64,000 nt of DNA from Candidatus Leptofilum sp. (GCF_965223525.1 NZ_CBDCWX010000005.1:323414-387413), one strand, 5' to 3'. Positions 27,076 through 36,531 are shown, counted from the first letter of the stretch. Made by a program: numbers and translations. Notes: generated from the sequence alone by a model not told the origin.

Positions 27076-27993
27076 ATGAATGACCTTGCCATAAACGCCA
27101 CCGGCTTGCGAAAACAGTTTGGGGAAAAAACGGCCGTTGCCAACCTCACGCTCCAGGTAAAACGCGGGGAGATTTTTGGCTTTTTGGGGCCAAACGGCGC
27201 AGGCAAAACCACCTCCGTGAAGATGCTGCTAGGATTAACTGCGCCGACGGCGGGCAGCGCCACATTGCTGGGCCAGCCGCTAGGCCACCGGGCCACGCGG
27301 GGCAAGATTGGCTTTTTGCCAGAGCATTTTCGTTTTCATGAATGGCTCAAAGCGGCCGAATTTTTGGATTTACACGGCCGTCTGCACCAGCTACCCAAGC
27401 AAATCCGCCAACAAACCATCCCGGAACTGCTGGAGTTGGTTGGTTTGCAAGGCCGGGCCCAAACGCCCCTGCGAGCCTTCTCCAAGGGGATGCTCCAGCG
27501 CATCGGGCTGGCGCAGGCGTTGCTCAACGAGCCAGAGCTGGTCTTTTTGGATGAGCCAACCTCTGGCCTAGACCCGCTGGGGCGACGGCTGGTGCGGGAT
27601 GTGATCAACCAGCTGCGGCAGCGCGGAACGGCCGTTTTTCTCAACTCTCATCTACTCAGCGAAGTGGAGCAAACTTGTGACCGGGTTACCTTTATTCGCC
27701 AGGGCGAGGTGCTAGAAACGGTATCCCTGCATGAAATGAGTACGGCCGTTCCCGTCATTATTCGCGTGGGGCAGCCAAACGCCCAATTGCTGGCTGATTT
27801 GGCGCAGTTTGGTGAGGGAGCCTTCTTGGCTGGCAACGGCCGTATCCACCTCACCTTGCCCCATGAAGAAAAGTTGCCCACGCTGGCCAACTGGCTAATC
27901 AGCCAAGGCTATACGCTATACGAACTCACGCCGCAACCCATCACGCTGGAAGAACGCTTCCTGCAAATCGTCGGCGACCAATCAGAAGGATGA
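27076..27993 (+). CDS. ABC transporter ATP-binding protein (ABC-2 exporter type)
   Basis: Walker A GPNGAGKTT, signature FSKGMLQR, Walker B LVFLDEPTSGLD. Confidence 0.9.
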   Translation: MNDLAINATGLRKQFGEKTAVANLTLQVKRGEIFGFLGPNGAGKTTSVKMLLGLTAPTAGSATLLGQPLGHRATRGKIGFLPEHFRFHEWLKAAEFLDLHGRLHQLPKQIRQQTIPELLELVGLQGRAQTPLRAFSKGMLQRIGLAQALLNEPELVFLDEPTSGLDPLGRRLVRDVINQLRQRGTAVFLNSHLLSEVEQTCDRVTFIRQGEVLETVSLHEMSTAVPVIIRVGQPNAQLLADLAQFGEGAFLAGNGRIHLTLPHEEKLPTLANWLISQGYTLYELTPQPITLEERFLQIVGDQSEG

Positions 27994-27998
27994 AATAG

Positions 27999-28057
27999 CC
28001 ACAGAGAGCACAGAGATATAAGAGAAAACCCCTCTTTTTCCTCTGTGCTCTCTGTGG
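27999..28057. repeat. CACAGAG-type hairpin repeat (perfect 17-bp stem)
   Basis: CCACAGAGAGCACAGAG (27999-28015) / CTCTGTGCTCTCTGTGG (28041-28057), 25-nt loop. Sits between the ATPase and permease genes. Confidence 0.75.
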
Positions 28058-28066
28058 CAAAATATT

Positions 28067-28903
28067 ATGAATACGGTTCTGATTTTTGCCGAACTAACCA
28101 TCCGCGAGAGCCAGCGGCGCAAGGTGCTGTGGCTGGCGTTGCTGCTGGCAATCAGCTTTCTGACGATTTTTGGTCTGGGGCTACACTTTATTTACCGTGA
28201 AGTGGTGCGGGTGGGGATGCCAGCAGACGAAGTTGAGCTGGGGTTAGGGATTCTTCTTTCAGCGGGACTATACGTTACGAACTTCTTGGTGGTAGTGATG
28301 GCGGTGTTGATTTCGGTAACGGCCGTTTCTGGCGAAATTGATTCTCACACCATTGAAGCCTTGGTAACGAAACCAGTGCGTCGTTGGGAAATTATTTTGG
28401 GCAAATGGTTGGGCTTTGCTGCCATCCTCATGATTTACACAGTGCTGCTGGTGGGGGGCATTATTGTTCTTTACCGCTGGCGCACAGGCATCGCCGTACC
28501 CAATGTTGTTGAGGGGTTGAGCCTGCTGCTGCTCCAAGGGCTGTTAGTACTATCGGTCACGTTGCTGGGCGGCACGCGGCTTTCAACGCTGGCCAACGGC
28601 GTTTTGGCCTTTATGCTGGTCGGCATTGCCTTCATCGGTGGCTGGGTAGAGCAAATTGGTAGCCTGTTGCAAAATGAAACGGCCGTAGACGTGGGCATCG
28701 TCACCAGCCTGATTATGCCCACAGAAGTGCTGTGGAAACAGGCATTGGCACTGCTTCAGCCCCGCGTTTCAACCTCTCCCTTTGCGGCTGGTCCATTTGT
28801 CATTTTGTCACAACCGTCTGATTTGATGATTTGGTATGCGGTGGTGTACACGGCCGTTCTGCTGCTGCTGAGTTTAGTTAGCTTCTCCCGCCGCGATTTA
28901 TAA
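28067..28903 (+). CDS. ABC-2-family transporter permease
   Basis: 278 aa, 6 predicted TM helices with a large first extracytoplasmic loop. Adjacent to the ATPase gene. Confidence 0.7.
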   Translation: MNTVLIFAELTIRESQRRKVLWLALLLAISFLTIFGLGLHFIYREVVRVGMPADEVELGLGILLSAGLYVTNFLVVVMAVLISVTAVSGEIDSHTIEALVTKPVRRWEIILGKWLGFAAILMIYTVLLVGGIIVLYRWRTGIAVPNVVEGLSLLLLQGLLVLSVTLLGGTRLSTLANGVLAFMLVGIAFIGGWVEQIGSLLQNETAVDVGIVTSLIMPTEVLWKQALALLQPRVSTSPFAAGPFVILSQPSDLMIWYAVVYTAVLLLLSLVSFSRRDL

Positions 28904-29068
28904 CAGCCTTCTTCACCCAACGTCACCCCAACAGACAGATTTTCACCATAGACTTGAATACGAAATAGGAACCGTACGTCTTTCTCAGTCGGGAGCCTCT
29001 ACGGAAAGACGACCTGAATGTGACCAAAAATCATATCGCGGGTATTATATTGGATAGGAAGAGACTCC

Positions 29069-29740
29069 ATGTATTTCAGTGATCAGGGAAAGCTTCACCG
29101 TAATGGTTTCTGCGTTTCGCACGCAAGGTATCGTTTATTGGAAGAGTTAAGAAGGGTATCTGTGAATCAATTTTCTTCAATTCATGCCCTGGAAGCGTGG
29201 TTGCAAAAACATGGCATCGGTTATGATGCTTGGGGCAAAGATAGCAACAAAAGTTTGCGTAATTTGTGGCAAGAGCTGGAAGCAGGTGAGGTTCAGCTAA
29301 AAGAATCACCGCCGCTGCGGGTAGTTGAAGTTGTGCAAATCATCATCAGACGCAATCATGAAATTTTGGTCGAAGCGGAGCAAGAATTTGCGAATGGCCA
29401 GCGCCGTTTTAGAAACCAACCCCCCTCAGAGAAAGTAAAACCGGGCGAATCTATTCAGGATGCTGCCCGCCGCTGTCTACAAGAAGAGCTTGGCTTAGAA
29501 TTGGAAGCGATCACGCTGGATTTAACCACCCATCGGCAGCATCAAACCAACACTAACTCCATCTCTTATCCAGGGTTGCCTTCTCAGTACAACTTTCATC
29601 TGCTGGAAGCGACCGTTTCTGGCTTACCAGAAGGCGAATTTTGGCGTGAAAACGAGACGGAAGGCTCTGTAGACCCGGTGCTGCGGCATCGTTGGGCGTG
29701 GCGACCCAGAGAATCTATCAAATTTATTGCAAATCCGTAG
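29069..29740 (+). CDS. Nudix-hydrolase-domain protein
   Basis: Nudix box GESIQDAARRCLQEELGL. GGAAGAG RBS. Confidence 0.6.
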   Translation: MYFSDQGKLHRNGFCVSHARYRLLEELRRVSVNQFSSIHALEAWLQKHGIGYDAWGKDSNKSLRNLWQELEAGEVQLKESPPLRVVEVVQIIIRRNHEILVEAEQEFANGQRRFRNQPPSEKVKPGESIQDAARRCLQEELGLELEAITLDLTTHRQHQTNTNSISYPGLPSQYNFHLLEATVSGLPEGEFWRENETEGSVDPVLRHRWAWRPRESIKFIANP

Positions 29741-30713
29741 CTTCCTCGCGTTGCAGCATCGCTCCAACCGACAGACCCGATTGAACCAAGCCCCACATTG
29801 CCAAGCCAATCATCCACACCATCTCCAGGATGTGCAGCAGCACCGCATAGGCGGTAAGTGCTACCTCATCAAAGCCCACTGCCGCCAGCGGCACCACGAC
29901 AGACGCATGAAAGATGCCCGGTTGCGTGGGTGCAGAGGGCGGCGATAGTGCCAAGGCTCCCAGCGAAACGGCCAGCCGCTCCTCTGGCGGAAAGCCTTGC
30001 CCCAAGGCCAGCAGCGTTACGTAAAAGAAGCCCCAGAAACAACCCCAGGCCAGCAAGGAGGTTCCCATCACTCTGGCGAGTTGTTTGGGTTCAGAAACGG
30101 CCGTTAAATTATCTAGCAAATCTGTCAAGGTGCGGCGTGCCCCAGCTTCGGTAATGCGCGGCAGCTTGGCAAGCGCAGATGGCCACCGCGCCAACACGCG
30201 CTCCCGTCGCCGCACCAGCCACTGAATACCCGCAAACGCCGCCACCAGCACCGCCACCCCACCCAAAATGGAGCCGGGTGATAACGTAATGCCGGCACCT
30301 ACGGCTACGGCCGTCACCAGTGCCAACAAACGCATCAACTGCTCAAACAGTCGCTCCACCACAAAGCTGGAGGTTGCCTCGGTGTAAGAGACTGCACCAC
30401 CCCGCCCCAGCACCACAATTCGCATCGCTTCGCCTGCCCGAGCAGGCACAATGATGTTGCCCGCATGGCCAATGTTGCTGGCGTGGAACGTTTGCAGCAG
30501 GGTGGGCTTGTTGCCTAGCAGCAATCGCCAACGCCATGCGTAAAAGAGCAGCCCCAGGACTAGAAGTAAAGAAGCGAGGAGGAGATAGGTGGGAACGGCC
30601 GTTTGCAACACTCGTCCTACAGCCGCCAAATCCACAAACCAGACAAACAGCGCCACGATGATGCCAATCACCACCAGCAGCCCCACAATTTGCCAAATCT
30701 GCTTTCGACTCAT
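29724..30713 (-). CDS. lysylphosphatidylglycerol-synthase-TM-region-like (UPF0104) membrane protein
   Basis: MSRKQIW start. Polytopic, with the ...RWRLLL...IGHAGNIIVPARAGEAMR... pattern typical of the family. Confidence 0.6.
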   Translation of the reverse strand: MSRKQIWQIVGLLVVIGIIVALFVWFVDLAAVGRVLQTAVPTYLLLASLLLVLGLLFYAWRWRLLLGNKPTLLQTFHASNIGHAGNIIVPARAGEAMRIVVLGRGGAVSYTEATSSFVVERLFEQLMRLLALVTAVAVGAGITLSPGSILGGVAVLVAAFAGIQWLVRRRERVLARWPSALAKLPRITEAGARRTLTDLLDNLTAVSEPKQLARVMGTSLLAWGCFWGFFYVTLLALGQGFPPEERLAVSLGALALSPPSAPTQPGIFHASVVVPLAAVGFDEVALTAYAVLLHILEMVWMIGLAMWGLVQSGLSVGAMLQREEATDLQ

Positions 30714-30798
30714 GCTAACCGCGCATTTAAACTTTTGAAGTTTGCCCATCCCAAACTTGAACATCTTGGTCTAAAACTTCAAAAGTCTCTCAAAAAAT

Positions 30799-30869
30799 GG
30801 ATGCCCGTTTTCACGGGCATGACACAAAAAATCTCTGAAAAATCTGCGTTAATCCGCGAAATCTGCGGC
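30799..30869. repeat. composite intergenic repeat in opposite orientation to 26894-27030
   Basis: GGATGCCCGTTTTCACGGGCATGACA (30799-30824) and AAAAATCTGCGTTAATCCGCGAAATCTGCGGC (30838-30869) are reverse-complement relatives of the two modules at 26894-27030. Confidence 0.6.
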
Positions 30870-30874
30870 TAACT

Positions 30875-32212
30875 CTACGGATTCATTCGGTTGAGCGTGC
30901 GAGGAAACGGGCTAGTTTGGCGAATGTGGTCAATGCCGCAAATCCAGGCCACCGTGCGTTCCAGGCCAAGGCCAAAGCCGCTATGCGGCACGCTGCCAAA
31001 GCGTCGCAAATCCACATACCATTGATAATGTTCCTGCGGCAGTTCGTGCTTTTCAATAGCCGCCACCAGCAAATCCGGGTCGCTCATCCGCTCACTGCCG
31101 CCGATAATTTCGCCGTACCCTTCTGGAGCTAGCAGATCAACGCTTTTGCACACTTCTGGCCGACCAGGCCAAGGCTCCATGTAAAATGCCTTCACTTGGG
31201 TGGGGTAGCCATACACAAACAGTGGCTTGTCAAACTGCTTCGTCAGCTCCGTCTCGTGCGGCGAGCCAAAATCATCCCCCCACTCAATAGCCAGCAACTC
31301 TTTCATCTCTGGGTCGTCAGTCGCATCGCGAATGGCATGGATGCGCTCAATCGCCTCGTCATAACTAATGCGTGGGAACGGGGCTGTCATGTTTTCTAGC
31401 GCGGTCACATCACGCTCTAACAATTCCAACTCAGGCCGACGCTTGGCCAGCGTGGTTTGCACAATGTATTCCACAAACCGCTCTTCAAAATCCATGAGAT
31501 CATCCAGATCGAAGAAGGCCATCTCCGGCTCGACCATCCAAAATTCGGTCAGATGGCGGCGCGTTTTTGACTTTTCGGCGCGGAAAGTGGGGCCAAAGCA
31601 GTACACTTTGCCAAAAGCCATGATGTTGGCCTCGTTGTAAAGCTGACCAGTTTGAGCCAGGTACGCTATTTCATCAAAGTAACCCAGCTCGAAAAGGGTG
31701 CTGGTGCCTTCGGCCGCCGCCGGGGTGATGATGGGGGTATCAATGTTGAGGAAGCCTTCGTTGTCCAAAAAGTCTATGATGGCTCGCTTGATGGTGGTGC
31801 GGATTCGCATGATGGCCCACTGCTGGCTGGAGCGCAGCCAGAGGTGGCGATTGTCCATGAGGAACTCGACACCATGATCTTTGGGGGTGATGGGATAGTC
31901 AGCCACGTCTTGCACAACTTCTAGCTGCTCCACGCCAATTTCGTAACCACGCGGCAGGCCGGGAGCGCGATTATTTTCCCGAACCGTGCCGGTGATGATA
32001 ACGGAAGACTCCTGCCCCAATCGTTTAAGTTCTTCAAACAGCTCATCGCCAACTTCGGGACGAAAGGCAACGCCCTGGGTCATGCCACTGCCGTCGCGCA
32101 GGCGCAGGAACATGAGCTTGCCTTTGCGGGTGCTGTTGTACAGCCATCCCTTAATTGTCACTTTTTGGTCAACGTAATTTGCTATGTTTTGGATGGAAAT
32201 ATGTGGTGCCAT
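30875..32212 (-). CDS. asnS: asparagine--tRNA ligase
   Basis: Class IIb synthetase. [37 protein letters not shown] and [21 protein letters not shown] closely resemble Thermus-type AsnRS as I recall it. Confidence 0.88.
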   Translation of the reverse strand: MAPHISIQNIANYVDQKVTIKGWLYNSTRKGKLMFLRLRDGSGMTQGVAFRPEVGDELFEELKRLGQESSVIITGTVRENNRAPGLPRGYEIGVEQLEVVQDVADYPITPKDHGVEFLMDNRHLWLRSSQQWAIMRIRTTIKRAIIDFLDNEGFLNIDTPIITPAAAEGTSTLFELGYFDEIAYLAQTGQLYNEANIMAFGKVYCFGPTFRAEKSKTRRHLTEFWMVEPEMAFFDLDDLMDFEERFVEYIVQTTLAKRRPELELLERDVTALENMTAPFPRISYDEAIERIHAIRDATDDPEMKELLAIEWGDDFGSPHETELTKQFDKPLFVYGYPTQVKAFYMEPWPGRPEVCKSVDLLAPEGYGEIIGGSERMSDPDLLVAAIEKHELPQEHYQWYVDLRRFGSVPHSGFGLGLERTVAWICGIDHIRQTSPFPRTLNRMNP

Positions 32213-32354
32213 TGTTTTCTCCAGTTCTTAAATTTGGCAGCGGGGATTGTACCACAGTTAAGAATTGAATTGGGGTGATTTGTGCAACGGATACGGCCGT
32301 TGCCACGTATGGAAAGGTAGCGAAATCTGAAGTTGAACCGTGCGTGGAGGGATT

Positions 32355-32543
32355 ATGAAACCAAAGAAACACGAGCCAACAAAGAAAAGTCGCCCATCAC
32401 CGCTTGTGATTGGTATCGGCATTGGCATTGCCTTGGGTGTTGTCATTGGCATCACGATGAAAAACTTAACAATGGGTATTGGTTCAGGCGTTGCCATTGG
32501 CACAGCCTTGGGGCTGGCTTTTACATCTCAGGAGGAAAGTTAG
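32355..32543 (+). CDS. small glycine-zipper membrane protein
   Basis: 62 aa. GGAGGG RBS. Basic N-terminus, then IGIGIGIALGVVIG ... MGIGSGVAIGTALGLA. Confidence 0.5.
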   Translation: MKPKKHEPTKKSRPSPLVIGIGIGIALGVVIGITMKNLTMGIGSGVAIGTALGLAFTSQEES

Positions 32544-32575
32544 CTTTCTTCCTGGCACTTTTTGGAGACATTGAA

Positions 32576-32788
32576 ATGAAGCAAGAAAATCAGGACAAAG
32601 TAGGCAAAAGACTTGGTATTGGCATCGGTGTTGGCATTGCTTTGGGTGCTGGCATTGGCGCAGCTATTGGCAATGTTGGTGTTGGCATTGCTATCGGCCT
32701 GGCACTTGGCGCTGGCGTAGGCACAGCACTCTCCCAATCTCAAAAGAGCAAAGCCGATCAGGCAGACGATACCTCATCAGAAATTTAA
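32576..32788 (+). CDS. small glycine-zipper membrane protein (tandem paralog)
   Basis: 70 aa. GIGIGVGIALGAGIGAAIGNVGVGIAIGLALGAGVG followed by an acidic tail. Confidence 0.5.
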   Translation: MKQENQDKVGKRLGIGIGVGIALGAGIGAAIGNVGVGIAIGLALGAGVGTALSQSQKSKADQADDTSSEI

Positions 32789-33711
32789 TGCTCGAGCATA
32801 TCTCGCGCAAACGCTAAAATTTCTTGGGCGAGGCGCAAACGATCTGCCTGATTATGCATCATTGTGTTCAGGCAACACGTTTCCACTCCCAAATCATCAC
32901 AGCTCCCCGCATCCTGCACATCGTACACAAAGCCATCAATCCGCTCGCCATAATATTCGGCGACAGTGCGGCTGGTATGCGGCAGCCCCAGCTCCTGCAT
33001 CATTTTGGCGGCGGGGCCTTTTACCGCCTGCCCGCCCACAATGGGACTTACAGCAATAACCGCTTTGGGTAAATCTTCTAGCAGCGCAGTAATTGGGTAA
33101 ACGTTCAAAATGGGGTCAATGCTCACAAATGGGTTGGACGGGGCGATGAGAACGAGATCGGCCGTTTCAAAAGCGCGAATGACGGAGCGGGTGGCGCGGA
33201 CATCTTCTGGTAGCACCACTTGGGTAACGGGTGGCTGCCACTTTTCTTGCACAAACCAGGTTTGGAAGTCGTAAAGCGTCTCGCCGCTTTGGATTTTTGT
33301 AGGGGCAGGCTGGTTGCTCATGGGCAAGACGCTTACCTGGATACCTAGTTTTTGGCAGAGATGGTGGGTAACGGCCGTTAGCGACTCCCCCTCCCCCAAT
33401 AAATGCGTCCGGGTCAGGTGTGTTGCCAAATCCAAATCACCTAGCTTGAACCAATCTGGCCCGCCCAGTGCCGCCACTTCGCCAATGGTGCGCCATGATT
33501 CGCCTGCCCGCCCCCAGCCAGTTTCATCATTGGCTACACCCGCCAATCGGTACATCACCGTGTCCAAATCAGGGCAAATAGTCAGCCCCAAATGCTCAAA
33601 ATCATCCCCGGTATTGACAATGATAGTTACATCTTCCGAGGGCAAAGTGCGAGCAATGCCGTCGGCCAGCTTGGCTCCGCCGACGCCACCCGCCAAAACC
33701 ACAACTTTCAT
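32785..33711 (-). CDS. cofD: 2-phospho-L-lactate transferase (F420 biosynthesis)
   Basis: MKVVVLAGGVGGAKL start with AAGGGAG RBS. NTGDDF..LGL.ICPDLDTVMY, GW...ESW and APSNPFVSI motifs of CofD/FbiA. The track ORF start 33816 is an upstream extension. Confidence 0.85.
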   Translation of the reverse strand: MKVVVLAGGVGGAKLADGIARTLPSEDVTIIVNTGDDFEHLGLTICPDLDTVMYRLAGVANDETGWGRAGESWRTIGEVAALGGPDWFKLGDLDLATHLTRTHLLGEGESLTAVTHHLCQKLGIQVSVLPMSNQPAPTKIQSGETLYDFQTWFVQEKWQPPVTQVVLPEDVRATRSVIRAFETADLVLIAPSNPFVSIDPILNVYPITALLEDLPKAVIAVSPIVGGQAVKGPAAKMMQELGLPHTSRTVAEYYGERIDGFVYDVQDAGSCDDLGVETCCLNTMMHNQADRLRLAQEILAFARDMLEH

Positions 33712-33978
33712 TTCAACTCCCTTGCAAATAAACCTCCTGCAGGTTCCACCCGCAAACTGTGTTCGGGAACAAACCTGCGGGGGTTGCCGATTTCCATGCA
33801 AAAATAAGGGCTGCATTGTATCACATGGATACTTTGCAGCCCTGGCTGAGGGGTCTTTATTTTCTCTAATACTTTATGGCTTTCTTAGTAGCCGTTCGGT
33901 TCCAAAACCGCTAAGTTAAATCCGAACAGCTACTTTAAGCCCATTCGCCAGTTCCACATTTTATTTGCGAATGGGCAC

Positions 33979-35181
33979 TTAGCGATGACCGTTACTATGC
34001 CCGTTGGGCATGACGTAGTTGGCAGCGGCTTCGCCCATGACGGCGACGCCGTCAATCATGGCGCGCTCATCAAAAGTGAAGCGGGGATGGTGGTGGGGGA
34101 AATTGATACCTGCTTCTTCGTTACTGGCACCGATGAAAAAGTAACAGCCGGGAACTTCATCCAGAATAAAGCCCATATCTTCGGAGGCCATCGTGCGCTT
34201 AGCGACGATATTTTCTGCCCCCATCACTTTGGAAGCGGCCTGGTAAACAACGGCCGTTGGCTCAGGTGCATTCACCACGGCTTGAACGATGGCGATGGTT
34301 TCCATGGTGGCAGTACAGTTCAGTGCTTCGGCCATACTGGTAGCCATCTCCAAAATGCGACGGTAAATCATACGGTGCAGGTCGTTATTATAGCTACGCA
34401 CGGTTCCTTTCAAAATTGCTTTGTCGGGGATGACATTAAAAGTTGTACCCGCCGAAAGTTGCCCAATGGAGACGACAACGCTGTCTTGCGGGTTGACGTT
34501 GCGGCTGACAATGCTTTGCAGGGCAGCCACGATGTGCGCCGCAGCCAAAACGGGATCAATTGCCAAATGGGGTGCTGCGCCATGCCCACCTTTGCCCTGT
34601 ACCGTCAGGGTAAACACGCTGGATGAAGACATGCACGGCCCATTGATGACGCGCACTTTGCCATACGGTTCGGGCGTCCACAAGTGCATCGCTAAAGCCA
34701 CATCTGGTTTGGGGGTGTCTAGCACGCCATCGGCAATCATGGCGATGGCACCGCCTAACCCTTCTTCACCAGGCTGGAAGACAAATTTGAGCGTACCTGC
34801 CATCTCTTCTTGGTAGCGGGACATGATTTTGGCCAGCCCCAGCCCCATCGCCGTGTGTCCGTCATGCCCACAGGCGTGCATAACGCCTGGATTTTGCGAT
34901 GCAAAGGGAAGCCCCGTTTCTTCCTGGATGGGCAGACCATCCATATCAAACCGAAGCAAAACGGTGGGGCCAGCTTTAGGCCCTTCCAAAAGGCCAACTA
35001 CCCCGGTTTGTCCCACGCCGGGCTGTACCTCAAAACCGTACTCGTTGAGCCGCTCGGCAACGATGCCAGCGGTGCGGGTTTCTTCAAACCCAAGCTCAGG
35101 ATGTTTGTGAAAGTCGCGCCGAGTGGCGACAAGCTCGTCAAAAATAAGTTCTGCTTCTTGTTTGAAATTTGGTGGGTTCAT
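33979..35181 (-). CDS. M20D-family amidohydrolase (N-acyl-amino-acid / hippurate hydrolase-like)
   Basis: RRDFHKHPELGFEE, MHACGHDGHTAM and FQPGEEG metal-site motifs. Confidence 0.85.
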   Translation of the reverse strand: MNPPNFKQEAELIFDELVATRRDFHKHPELGFEETRTAGIVAERLNEYGFEVQPGVGQTGVVGLLEGPKAGPTVLLRFDMDGLPIQEETGLPFASQNPGVMHACGHDGHTAMGLGLAKIMSRYQEEMAGTLKFVFQPGEEGLGGAIAMIADGVLDTPKPDVALAMHLWTPEPYGKVRVINGPCMSSSSVFTLTVQGKGGHGAAPHLAIDPVLAAAHIVAALQSIVSRNVNPQDSVVVSIGQLSAGTTFNVIPDKAILKGTVRSYNNDLHRMIYRRILEMATSMAEALNCTATMETIAIVQAVVNAPEPTAVVYQAASKVMGAENIVAKRTMASEDMGFILDEVPGCYFFIGASNEEAGINFPHHHPRFTFDERAMIDGVAVMGEAAANYVMPNGHSNGHR

Positions 35182-35404
35182 GGGTTTGCCAATACGTAAT
35201 AATTTAATGTTTACTGTGCAGCATTATAGCTACAAAATCTGACTAATTGTGTGACGCGATCCGGCTCTTTACGGGCTGTTCACAATGGTTTCACACTCTA
35301 TTTACTGAGGATACGGCCGTTTCTACTATATTCTTGTCTTACGCTTACATAAGCCATTACAGGGGTACTATAATTTTTGCAAGTTCAGTTGGAGGTAGTA
35401 TCAG

Positions 35405-35572
35405 ATGTTTGTCCCAATCGGTTTACTTGTTTCGTTGGTTATCATTTCATTTTTGTTAGGTATGGCAGCGGTACCGCTTTTAGTGCTAGTTATTCTGAAA
35501 ACGCCAGTGAGAATGCAGCCCAAAACTGCCTCAGAGGCGCAAAATAATTCTGAATTGGCTCGCTTCAAATGA
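35405..35572 (+). CDS. possible 55-aa single/double-TM peptide (absent from the ORF track because it is under 60 aa)
   Basis: TTACAT (35345-35350), 18 nt, TATAAT (35369-35374). GGAGGT RBS (35391-35396) lies 8 nt before the ATG. Product MFVPIGLLVSLVIISFLLGMAAVPLLVLVILKTPV... Confidence 0.3.
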   Translation: MFVPIGLLVSLVIISFLLGMAAVPLLVLVILKTPVRMQPKTASEAQNNSELARFK

Positions 35573-35590
35573 TTGAAGTGAGCATTTTTC

Positions 35591-36349
35591 TTAAGGGCTA
35601 ATTTCATTTAAGGCACCGAGAACGGCAATGGCCGTTTCCATTTGTTGCTGTTCCCGGCTTATTGTTGCGCTCCCATCCCCTAGTTGCGTGCCATAATAGC
35701 CAAACTGCGCGTGATTTCCCCCCACAATTTCCACATAGCTAGTCTGTTCCGGTAAAAATATTCGGTTTGCACTTACTTCTGCAACGCTGGCCAACCCATC
35801 CTCGGTGGCATAAATTTTGGTGATGGGAATTTGAGCATGAGCCAAGCTGTTTACCGCCTCTTTGGGATGGCTAGTGCCAATGAGGATTGCCCCCGTGAAC
35901 GTGGTTTCATGCGCCAAAATGGTGCGGGAGGCAATGGCTGCCCCGCGCGAATGGCCCGCCAACACTCATTGTTGCACAGCATCATTTGTCGCCATGATTT
36001 CCTGGCTGGTTTGCCAAAGCTGTTCTTCGTGGCTGGCGAACGGGGCGTTGCGCCAAGGCAGTTTGACGATGACAACAAGATAGCCTGCTTCTGCCAAGTT
36101 GCGTGCAAGTGGGGCGTATGCAATCGGTTCCACCATCGCGCCGGGGTAGAAGAGCACGCCAGTAGCGGCTTGATTGCTAGTCGGCTGGAAAATGATGTGC
36201 GTGTTGACTTCGATGATGGCAACGGCCGTATCGGAATCCATCACCCCATCTGGGAGATTTTGCGCCTGAAACGATAGCCATAGCCACGCCGTAAACGATA
36301 ATCCAGCCAGCGGCCACACAACGCGAATAACTTTGCGAAAACGGGACAT
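35591..36349 (-). pseudogene. alpha/beta hydrolase interrupted by one in-frame TGA
   Basis: Track ORFs 35966-36349 and 35591-35965 are contiguous in the same frame, separated only by TGA (plus-strand TCA 35966-35968). The stop sits four codons before the nucleophile elbow: ...AVQQ*VLAGHSRGAA. Confidence 0.6.
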
Positions 36350-36360
36350 GATTTCCTCCC

Positions 36361-36402
36361 AAAATAAAACACCCCTTCACCATTTTCAGGTTGAAGGGGT
36401 GT
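36361..36402 (-). terminator. intrinsic terminator
   Basis: On the minus strand: ACACCCCTTCA, 12-nt loop, TGAAGGGGTGT, followed by TTTATTTT. Confidence 0.7.
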
Positions 36403-36426
36403 GATTGTTACCTGAAATGTTTGCTT

Positions 36427-36531
36427 TTAGAGCAAAGCAAATGCCAATAATCCTGCAATTAGCAGTTGTGCGATGAAAACAGCGACAACGGCTCGTCCAG
36501 CGGGGCTTAAACTTCTAAAGTTGTGCAACAT
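36427..36531 (-). CDS. possible 34-aa hydrophobic peptide
   Basis: AAAGGA RBS. MLHNFRSLSPAGRAVVAVFIAQLLIAGLLAFALL. Followed directly by the terminator at 36361-36402. Confidence 0.25.
   Translation of the reverse strand: MLHNFRSLSPAGRAVVAVFIAQLLIAGLLAFALL

Noticed and set aside
32213-32340. T-box or other riboswitch leader upstream of asnS
   Set aside because: An extended -10 (TGTGGTACAAT on the minus strand) leaves a leader of only about 40 nt. This is too short for a T-box, and no specifier or antiterminator structure is visible.
32333-32788. 151-aa ORF covering both glycine-zipper genes in another frame
   Set aside because: The Gly/Ile codon repeats keep several frames open. The two short frames each have an RBS and a sensible charged-hydrophobic-charged layout. 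The long frame has neither.
35966-35968. TGA as selenocysteine or reassigned codon
   Set aside because: TGA terminates other well-defined genes in the window. I see no convincing SECIS-like hairpin immediately downstream. The position is not a redox-active site. A nonsense mutation or sequencing error is more parsimonious.
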